A stretch of 33,147 nt of DNA from assembly GCA_000934665.2 (NCBI GenBank), contig JYFJ02004329.1, positions 1 to 33,147 on the forward strand. Direction: 5' to 3'. This document shows positions 26,701-33,147 of the stretch, piece after piece. Position numbers and translations under genes: made by a program. The notes beneath the pieces are model-generated. The model saw only the letters and a list, made by a program, of their open reading frames with translations. It searched no databases and was not told where the DNA came from. Position 1 is the stretch's first letter. Every line of letters begins with the position of its first letter. The stretch comes from Catajapyx aquilonaris. Its lineage: Eukaryota.

Positions 26701-29700
26701 ACTACATCAACAGTCTCGCAACCAAGGCAACAGTGCATAAACTCGAAATTCGAACAAAGTACAGCCAATGTGAGTTCAAAACACTGAACGAAGCACTGAG
26801 ACCACGTAGAAATGTTATAACACATGGGGGCCAATCAGCGCGAAGCACCCACCACCGGAGGGCAAACGCCCGGGTTGGACCCACTTCCTTGGCGCGGCTC
26901 ACCCTGCCACTTGCCCGTCCTTCCAGTCTGACATTATTTGTTTTTGACAGAATTATGCACTTTGAGCCTAAATCGATTTTTAGCGATTTCTGGGCACCTT
27001 GTGGAGTTTTGTCTGGGTTAGACTAACTACCAAAAGTTTTGGGTAATTTTTGTACAGCCACGCAAAGTTAGTGGAAATCGCGTGTTTGGGGCGTATCTGA
27101 TGAGGTGCGGTAGTCATTTCGGGGTCATCTCCTAAGTTTTCAGGGTCAAGGAACTCAATTCTGACATTTCCAAATCCCTCAGAGGCCAACTTTCGTTGTG
27201 CGGAGTGCATGAGTTCCGATCGGAGCTGGCTGTCGTCTACCTCCATCCACGCATTCTGCGATGATTATAAAATTAAGACATTTGCACATTTTACAGAGTT
27301 ATGGTGTTTCAATGACCTCCTCTGGAGTCAATCAAACAGTAACTGACCATTCCCTATCGTATTGCATGCGGTTGGAATTGCCCCGTATGGAGCAACCACG
27401 GGTGTGCCAACCTCTCCAGGCCCTCCAGGAACCTATTTTTGGTGATATGACAAGCACCCTCTCCCAGACAAATGGTCACAGCATTTTTGTCAACAATGCC
27501 CTTGAAATGGTGTTGGTGACGGGATTTTTCCATGGATCCCGGTTTAGATGAGTCCCCATCCTTTTTTGTTTCATAATCTGATGAGGCTTACCTTTGTCCC
27601 ATTCCTTGACATCCGATGACCATGTTCCTTTGGTTGGCAGGCAAGGAGGTGAGGTCGCATGGATCTCAACCAAAGCCTCACAGCCCATTCACTTATTCCA
27701 AACTTCTTTCCAGTTGCAGTTGCATTGTGACGACATTTGGAATTGCCAAACTCGTAGACATCAAGCACCTTATTCATGAAATCAGCCAGCGAGTGGGTGC
27801 GTGCCTTATGGGTTGTCCCCTTTCCAGAGGTCGGCTGCAACGGATATTTAAAAGTAGAGGATATATGACCTCATCTGCTCAAGGCAGGCATGGCGCATAT
27901 TTTTTAACAGCATAATTTCTTCCTATTCATAACAGAAAATGAGGCTTACCATTGATTTTGGTCCCTTGCCCTTTGCACTGGACGTCTTGAGGTCATCGGC
28001 TAGTATCGTGTCCTCACTGCCTGCCTGGCTCTGTTTCGTCATCTTGACCCACGCAAGCCGCTTCGATTTCCTTACTCTTGCTGGCACCTCCTCCTAAACA
28101 AGCGGGGATTTTACTTTAACATTGCAAAGGGAAATGCAACTGTGTGGAATCACAACAAGTCATTCCCGATGAGGTGTGTTCTTACATTTTGCAAACGGAG
28201 ATTTGAAACTTCTCCAGATGCTTTTGACTTTCTTGTACTGTACTCATCTTCTTGGACAGTCACCTGAAAAGGAATAGTTTCAATTTTGTCTCTTACTACA
28301 CACTCGCATCTCACCTTTCTTTGCGTCCTCTTCCTTCCTGATCTCTCGTTGGGAGTGGTGTGTTTGGAGGAAGGTTCCACACCAGCCTGGATTTCACTCC
28401 TGTCGTCCAAGTCGGAGTCACTCCCACATGTGTCTGCAACTATTGTTTCCATCACTTCAGGCTGCTCTGCTCTTACACCTTGGATTCCCTGAAATACCAC
28501 AATGACGCTTAAAATAGGTTCAGTGAACATTTCTCTGCTTTTGCATTGCCCTAGCATTTCTTGAGATTAACAACTATGCAGTTCCAGTTCAATGTGTTGC
28601 TGGATTAGCTTCAGCTCACATCACAATAATTATTTCTAATGAGGTTGTTTACTCTACATTCCATAATGTTCCATAATGTTCCATAATGTTCATTAATAAT
28701 TAGGGTTCATATTTACACAGGCAAGGGACACGGACACACAGTATATTGAAGGGTTGCCAATTTTGTGTGTCTGTAATTAACTGATGACCCTTACTTGATC
28801 CGCACTTGCCCTGTTCCTTCCAGGCCAGTCGTCAATGGAAATGAATTCGAATGAAGGTTCAGCGTCTCCTGGCAGGCCACCATCACCACCACAGTCCAGG
28901 CTGGAGCCTTCCTTCCTCTCAGGCGACTGCACTTCCTGAAACCAGGCAGCAACGGTTATCTATCAACAGTCTCTACGCAAAGAAGGCCATGGCCTAAACA
29001 CTGCAGAATAATCACACGTGGCCCAATACCGGGAGATTTGTTGCATGCAGTTGCGCAACAGCAAGAGGTAGTTGCTCACCACAATGACTAGCTCAGAGAT
29101 TCCTTGTCCTGAGAGGCACAGTGGCCATCCCCCCGTGTTGCAATTTATTGTTCCAGGACACAGAAGTGACGATGGGCCTTCAATCTGTTTTTCACTCTAA
29201 CAGTACTCTTTGTATTTCTCCACAAATCCTTGCGAAATCCATTCAATAATACCCCAACATTTAAACATGACCAGCTTGTGTGATTCACCCACTTGAACTG
29301 GAATCTCAATTATTGTCATGGCTGAGCTGTTGATACTCCTGTTTGGGTGATGGGTTCAAGGATGAAAACCTGACCCTTTGGATATTGTACTTATGAAAAT
29401 GAGCCACAACCCTCAATACTTTCCATACTATATTTGGACAGCTCTGCAGAACCTAGTGGTGACTAGGAACAGGCAATAGTGACCTGGACACATGGTGCAC
29501 TGAAGGGTTGCCACTTTTGCGTCTCTGCCATGAAGAGACCCTTACCTCGGCATGTGCCCTGTTCCGTCCAGGCCAGCCGTCAATGGAAATGAATTCGAAT
29601 GAAGGTTCGGCGTCTCCTGGAGGGTCACCACCACCGGAGCTCAATATGGACTCTTCCTCCTTCTGGTGCGACTGATCCCCTCCTCTAGTTGGTCTCTCCT

Positions 29701-29881
29701 GCTCCGCTGCATCCTCCTCTGGCTCCACCTTGACCTTGTCCCTGGGCCCGTGTACGAACTGGTGTGCCCTCAGCTGCAGCCTGGTCCTGAAGGTGGCGTC
29801 CAGGCAGTAGACGCACCTGAACTGCCCTTCTTCGGTGGCCATCAGGCTTGGTCCTGGTTGGGGCTGGTGGAGGCTCATCAT
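11752..29881 (-). CDS. Gene B: C2H2 zinc finger + 11 Brinker-type HTH domains (~1,560 aa if all exons are joined)
   Basis: Predicted phase-0 exons: 29881-29546 (ZF), 28935-28795, 28488-28315, 28263-28186, 28093-27950, HTH B1-B6, linkers 21208-21086, 21029-20952, 20865-20752, 20354-20181, 20128-20051, 19960-19817, HTH B7-B10, linkers 15106-14984, 14927-14850, 14773-14660, 12989-12876, [12823-12782 stop exon], HTH B11 12494-12243, tentative last exon 11781-11752 (GLMTILHQD*). Only one ZF/start exon is present, so I treat this as one gene. Confidence 0.75.
12243..12494 (-). CDS. Gene B HTH exon B11 (constant terminal domain)
   Basis: 252 nt; domain core identical in protein to A3 (..KFCLSTTTVWYWIR). 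Confidence 0.85.
13404..14206. mobile_element. Non-autonomous hAT element
   Basis: TIR CAGTGTTGGG...CCCAACACTG; 8-bp TSD CTTGTGGA at 13396-13403 and 14207-14214; dense subterminal GATCT/TATCT repeats at both ends. Confidence 0.9.
14660..15106 (-). CDS. Gene B linker exon trio (123, 78, 114 nt), second duplication unit
   Basis: EETCGSDSDLDD..RAQRK | VGVQEDDCSASNSK..LKN | VSLRATKSKL..KKKGPL; paralogous to 20752-21208. Confidence 0.7.
15330..15539 (-). CDS. Gene B HTH exon B10
   Basis: 210 nt to donor CAG|gtacgt, or 261 nt to the donor at 15279; YSLDFKKKVLEAYQSGDSKCSHNVTATARKFGLPQVTVWKWVR. Confidence 0.82.
15703..15942 (-). CDS. Gene B HTH exon B9
   Basis: 240 nt; HSLAFREEVLDAYEFDNGKCRHNLHATAIKFGISEAAVRRWVK; donor AAG|gtaagc. 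Confidence 0.85.
16440..17257 (+). mobile_element. Degenerate non-LTR retrotransposon (LINE) ORF2 fragment: pre-RT region and start of reverse transcriptase
   Basis: ISVQELKSALVALKTSSSPGIDSIPNVLLK..VPESW..VPIYKKG..PGNY, a frameshift, then RPISLTCTLGKIL..EEQAAFRPGYSTLDHLFTL; typical LINE RT N-terminal motifs. Stops and frameshifts present; left boundary approximate. Confidence 0.88.
17289..17630. mobile_element. Degenerate pogo/Tigger-like MITE (partial paralog at ~24790-25090)
   Basis: TA|CACTGTACTCCTGATTGTCC...GGAAAAACGGGAGTACTCG|TA imperfect TIRs; internal GGATAATC/GATTATC motifs. Confidence 0.4.
18085..18462. mobile_element. Two inverted degenerate mariner transposase C-terminal fragments
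   Basis: Plus strand carries a frameshifted YSPDLAPSDF-like motif and ..VQEW..WCQCIRL; an inverted, diverged copy lies at 18085-18230. Paralogous to 25375-25745. Confidence 0.65.
18603..18857 (-). CDS. Gene B HTH exon B8
   Basis: 255 nt; YSLDFKKKVLEAYESGDSSCRHNMRATAKKFGLPKGTVQRWVD; donor AGG|gtaaag. Confidence 0.85.
18923..19369. mobile_element. Foldback MITE with ~190-bp arms
   Basis: CAGGGAGCATATACTACATAAGAGGCGCAAAC ... GTTTGCGCCTCTTATGTAGTATATGCTCCCTG, flanked by a TTGC duplication. The paralogous intron at ~26190 is empty (TCTTTGCAGTACTC). Confidence 0.88.
19462..19701 (-). CDS. Gene B HTH exon B7
   Basis: 240 nt; HSLAFKNKVLDVYEFDNSKCRHNATATGKKFGIGHSTVRHWLK. Confidence 0.85.
19817..21208 (-). 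CDS. Gene B six linker exons (123, 78, 114, 174, 78, 144 nt) spanning the internal duplication junction
   Basis: All open, AG/GT bounded and multiples of 3; 20354-19817 repeats 28488-27950. Confidence 0.72.
21504..21761 (-). CDS. Gene B HTH exon B6
   Basis: 258 nt; HSLDFKNKVLDAYEFGDSPCRHNQSATARKFGLSQGLLWIWLK; donor AGG|gtaaga. Confidence 0.85.
22317..22526 (-). CDS. Gene B HTH exon B5
   Basis: 210 nt to donor CAG|gtacgt; YSLDFKKEVLEAYQSGDSKCRHNVTETARKFGLPPITVWQWVK. Confidence 0.8.
22681..22920 (-). CDS. Gene B HTH exon B4
   Basis: 240 nt; HSLPFREEVLDEYEFGDSKCHHNVAATARKFGIQESAVRRWMK. Confidence 0.85.
23571..24234. mobile_element. Non-autonomous DNA transposon, PIF/ISL2EU-like
   Basis: TIR GGGGAACTAGCCTT...AAGGCTACTTCCCC; 2-bp AT TSD, confirmed by the empty paralogous sites GAATTATG at ~26950 and ~16252. 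Confidence 0.8.
24236..25370. repeat. Composite intronic repeat with ~160-bp inverted segments (24361-24524 vs 25191-25355), probably a decayed non-autonomous DNA transposon
   Basis: GTAGACGACAGCCAGCTCC..GGAAATGTCAGA..TCAGATACG occurs on + at ~17897 and ~25191 and on - at ~24524 and ~27240. Confidence 0.7.
25375..25745. mobile_element. Two inverted degenerate mariner transposase C-terminal fragments
   Basis: Plus 25517-25745: PHPPYHLGLAPSDFYLFGSM..HFEDIVE..VQEW..WCQCIRLQ. Minus 25510-25375: GSMETSCHQHHFKDIVD..KNRFLEGLERLA. Confidence 0.75.
25872..26126 (-). CDS. Gene B HTH exon B3
   Basis: 255 nt; YSLDFKKKVLEAYESGDSSCCHNMRATARKFGLPMPTVRGWVK. Confidence 0.85.
26279..26518 (-). CDS. Gene B HTH exon B2
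   Basis: 240 nt, CAGCAG tandem acceptor; YSLAFKNKVLDVYEFDNSKCRHNAYATARKFGLSTFGLRYWVK. Confidence 0.85.
27592..27834 (-). CDS. Gene B HTH exon B1
   Basis: 243 nt, with an in-frame 3-nt insertion (HSLADF); ..VLDVYEFGNSKCRHNATATGKKFGISEWAVRLWLR. Confidence 0.85.
27950..28935 (-). CDS. Gene B linker exons 2-5 (141, 174, 78, 144 nt)
   Basis: Colinear with gene A exons 8624-7647; open frames and canonical splice sites. Confidence 0.78.
29546..29881 (-). CDS. Gene B first coding exon, single C2H2 zinc finger
   Basis: 336 nt; MMSLHQP..FRCVYCLDATFRTRLQLRAHQFVH..VKVEP..EPSFEFISIDGWPGRNRAHAE|gtaagg. Upstream UTR donor GTGAGT at 29955-29950. Confidence 0.85.
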
Positions 29882-31170
29882 CCCCTCTGCAGGTCTCCAC
29901 CTGTGCACATGCCCAAACAATGCAATTCGGAAGCACAAGAGGAAGCCAGACTCACCCGACAAGAAGAAGAAGACTCTTGAGGTCCGGAGGAGGAGAGAGA
30001 AGAATTAAATGATGGAATAAGAAGAGAGACGCTTGGTGGGAAGATCCTATCGACGCGAGACCTACCCGGCAATCGTCTATCGTCACACTCTTCCAAAATT
30101 ATGCCGGTAGGGCGTCCATCGATATCTGGCGGGATATACGTATTCGAACTGTTTGTTGTGGTCATCACTTCTTCTGGGTCACCACCTATTATCCCTTCTT
30201 TTTGGAACCCTTTTGTCTCTGACCCTTTGAAGCTAAGCTGGGGTTCCAGCGTCCGTGGTTCCAGGACCATTGAAACCCAGTGGAATTGAACCGCGCAGTC
30301 ACCTGTCAGTACCTGCCGTGCTCACTCAAGCGGGTTTCTCCTTCCTCTTTAATCGCAGAGAGACATGTCAAGGGGGGGAAAATGGCCTTCCCGATCCACG
30401 GTCATGACCTGGCAGTGTTCAAGGTCAGGTCAAACAGAGCAGTTGTGTCCAGTCATTTAAGAACTGTTCTGCGTGCCTGGTCCAATTTAGGTCCATGGCA
30501 CTCGCTTGAGAACGGACCAGGCAGTTGAAGTGACTGGGGAAATGAGGCTCAGTCATCGTCTGTTGATGAATTAGCTTTTCTTTCTTTCCTTTGGACAGGG
30601 CCTCTCTGGCCGACAACCTGCTTTCATCTCTCTTGTTCACTGCCTCTTCTCACCATTACAATTATGACGTTTCCCCGCTCCCTATAGTCAGACGGGTTGA
30701 AACAGCCAAGCAGAGTTGACCCATTGTGCAAGGAGAAAATTCCATGACTGCTGCAAAGGCATGCATTATTGTTGCACAGTGGTGCAGGGAGAAGAGGGAT
30801 TCAGGAGTCGCAGGTACGCAGGAAATGCACAGGAAGAAAGACAAAAAAAACCATTTAGAAAGTATGATATCTACTGGGCATGAGAGCATTTCAGTACACA
30901 GCTGCCTTCAGGAATCATATCCAAGTCTTTGTTCTCAAGATTAAAATAACAGGATCTTTATAATAATACAAAGGCACTTTCAATGGTAGTACAAAATATT
31001 GAGCAATAAACCAGACTTGATTGAGGGATCAGTACTTCACTTGCTCCTCGCCTACAGCGTGACTAACTACCACATGTGGCATGTCTCCTTATGTATGATG
31101 CATCACTGGGAAATTACACATGCAGAATGTGGCAACAAAGACTTCCACCTCAACATGGACTCCTTTACCT

Positions 31171-32413
31171 TCAGTCTTGATGTAGTATCGTCATCAGACC
31201 CTGCAAGAAACAACATGGATCACTGCTCAAAAATCATTATTAACTAAAAGATGATAATAATAATAACAACAACAACAACAACAACATCTTTCTACAACTT
31301 ATTGATGACATTATACAATTCTATTGCAGTCCAATTTGTACCGTGCATTTTGAGGCGCAGTCCGCAAGCATTGCACACACGCTAGGGGTTGTTCCTTCAC
31401 CATTGGAATGCGGTGCACTACTTGTTTTGCAGATGGAGAAGCAAGTGCAATGTTATTCCCTGTTGTTGCAAGCACACAGGATAATCCTTTTCAGAACAGG
31501 TAACTTTTTTCGACCTACCAACTCTATTCATTCAGCTGTTGTTGTACGTACAGTAATGTCAGTGCATTTTAAAAACTATTGTTACATTAACCTTGATGGC
31601 AACACATACACAGGCAACAGAAATGATAGAATATCTCTGTCAAGACAGGCCTGCTCACAAGTACTTGAGCACTACTCTGCACATGCAGGAAATGTTACTA
31701 GTGGTCGCGATTCATCATACTTCAATTATTTCCTCACCTTTGTTCCGTCAGTCCTGATTTGGTGGATTCATCTGACTCTTGGAGAGGAGGTGGGGTCGAA
31801 TGTATCTGATCCAGTACCACACTGTGGTGGTGCTGAGACAGAATTTCCTGGCAGTTGCTTCCAGGTTGTGACGACACGAGGAATCCCCAAACTCAAATGC
31901 GTCCAGCACCTTCCTCTTCAGGTCCATCGACTGGGTGAGGGACCCAGAGGGTTCCGCTTCCTCCTGGGCAGGCTGAACGGGAAGGAAAACAAAAGCAATT
32001 CAAATATCACACATATGTGCAGTTAACAAATCTTTTTTTTGCATTATAAGCAGTAACCTTGGATCAGTTACGTTTTAATGTTATCACACTTATTAGCTGC
32101 AAATGTTGGGTGGAATATGTGCATCATTTTATTGTCTGGAAATATGCATTTTGCTCCTCCATTTCTTTTGGAACAGAGAGTACGCTGATGGCTGGATAGG
32201 CGCAACTAAGTATTTACTATAATATCATGATCTCCTTGCACCATCATCTGAAGAGGATCACTTTTACTCGTTCCTCCCTCCTACAAAATCTGGTCTTACC
32301 TTCTTTTGCACTCCCTTCCGTTTTGCTCCCTCAGCAGGCAACGTGGACCTGGATGCCTGTTCCCCATCTGGTGCCAGGTCACCTGAGTTGGCATTACCAC
32401 ATCTCGTCTTCTT
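31171..32413 (-). CDS. Gene C, 3' portion of a third paralog (5' part outside the window)
   Basis: Exons 32413-32300 (KKTRCGNANSGDL..VQKK), [32247-32206 stop exon MMVQGDHDIIVNT*], HTH exon from 31972, and homolog of the last exon at 31200-31171. The block 30460-32690 is colinear with 11050-13260. Confidence 0.75.
31748..31972 (-). CDS. Gene C constant terminal Brinker-type HTH exon, ending ..NPPNQD* after a 17-nt deletion
   Basis: Reads PAQEEAEPSGSLTQSMDLKRKVLDAFEFGDSSCRHNLEATARKFCLSTTTVWYWIRYIRPHLL. Not listed in the ORF track. Confidence 0.82.
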   Translation of the reverse strand, partial: PAQEEAEPSGSLTQSMDLKRKVLDAFEFGDSSCRHNLEATARKFCLSTTTVWYWIRYIRPHLLSKSQMNPPNQD

Positions 32414-32592
32414 CTGGAACCAACCATCATGAACACATGAGTTATTTGAAAATTAAGTTACAGCTGAAGAATGGTTTCAAGCTCACTTCAGGCAGCTTCA
32501 GATAGAAAGTCAGCCAGGAGGGATAGGAAAACATGTCGGTAAGGGTGCACTTTATCCCCGCGAATTTATTGCAGGTGTCCATACATTTCCTG

Positions 32593-32674
32593 AATTACTC
32601 TTGAAGGAAACGCTTCTCCACCCTAGGAGTAGTGCCACTCCTAGGGTGGAGAAGCGTTTCCTTCAAGAGTAATT
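32593..32674. repeat. Perfect 38-bp inverted repeat with 6-nt loop
   Basis: AATTACTCTTGAAGGAAACGCTTCTCCACCCTAGGAGT-agtgcc-ACTCCTAGGGTGGAGAAGCGTTTCCTTCAAGAGTAATT. Confidence 0.92.
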
Positions 32675-32698
32675 ATTGAGTTTTGAAATTGCTCTTAA

Positions 32699-33147
32699 GA
32701 GCGCGCTCTAGGCTACGCTATTCATTGTTGCGGGTAGCCCGTCGCGGGCCGGCCCGTGAGTTTGACACTTCTTCCTCTCGATGTCACGGCCGCAAATATG
32801 GAGGTATCGGCATGAAACTGGAGTATCTGGACGCGAAGGAGTTGCACTTTGAGATGGTGCGCTTATTTTTCTCCTGGGGCCATATTTGCGGCCGCCGCGG
32901 CCAGGTACAGTTTTTTATTTTGACCCGCAATTACTCCTTTCCATGTCGGTACCAGTGAAATTCGAGCCTGTCACGACCTTTGCATTGCGAATTACCGTAA
33001 GTGTGTGAAAGGGCACGAGTGTGGCAGTCTTGGTTTGGCCAAACTTTGGGATCGAAAATACCCCCCCTCCATGAACAATAACAACTCGCACGAAGAAAGC
33101 GACGATCTGGCAGCGCCGCGGTGACTGCCAGTTCCGTAACCACGGCG
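32699..33147. mobile_element. Possible GC-rich insertion at a TTAA site (end not in window)
   Basis: Homology with the gene B intron (~13260) stops exactly after TTAA at 32695-32698, and composition shifts to CpG-rich. Confidence 0.3.

Noticed and set aside
4716..29881. Calling these genes brinker (brk) or transposases
   Set aside because: Only the domain is shared; no Brinker co-repressor motifs seen, and no DDE catalytic domain or TIRs around the HTH exons.
29878..30270. 130-aa ORF upstream of gene B
   Set aside because: Crosses the UTR exon and intron and is not conserved upstream of gene A.
31343..32026. Longest ORF (227 aa, plus strand), and related plus-strand ORFs 12093..12518 and 5351..5560
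   Set aside because: Antisense shadows of the constant HTH exon; substitutions are synonymous in the minus frame and the flanks are not frame-conserved between paralogs.
1..33147. CRISPR array or prokaryotic system
   Set aside because: Repeats are exon- or TE-scale, and spliceosomal introns and SINEs show a eukaryotic origin.

Overview
Eukaryotic (metazoan, probably arthropod) genomic DNA with small GT-AG introns and many transposon remnants. The main content is a head-to-tail cluster of three minus-strand paralogous genes: A (~9457-4716), B (~29881-11752) and the 3' end of C (~32413-31171, continuing beyond the window). A and B start with one C2H2 zinc finger, followed by short linker exons and an array of single-exon Brinker-type (BrkDBD-like) helix-turn-helix domains: 3 in A, 11 in B and at least 1 in C, 15 in total. 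Every internal coding exon I could delimit in A and B is a multiple of 3 nt and flanked by phase-0 introns. The presumed recognition helix is hypervariable among the internal domains, while the last domain is identical in protein sequence across all three genes. A conserved stop-containing micro-exon lies just upstream of that constant domain. Gene B grew by an internal tandem duplication plus exon gain and loss. Introns and flanks carry a tRNA-derived SINE, a truncated retroposon, hAT-, ISL2EU- and pogo-like non-autonomous elements, foldback MITEs, and mariner and LINE fragments. Gene models were inferred by eye from splice signals and paralog comparison, without transcript data.
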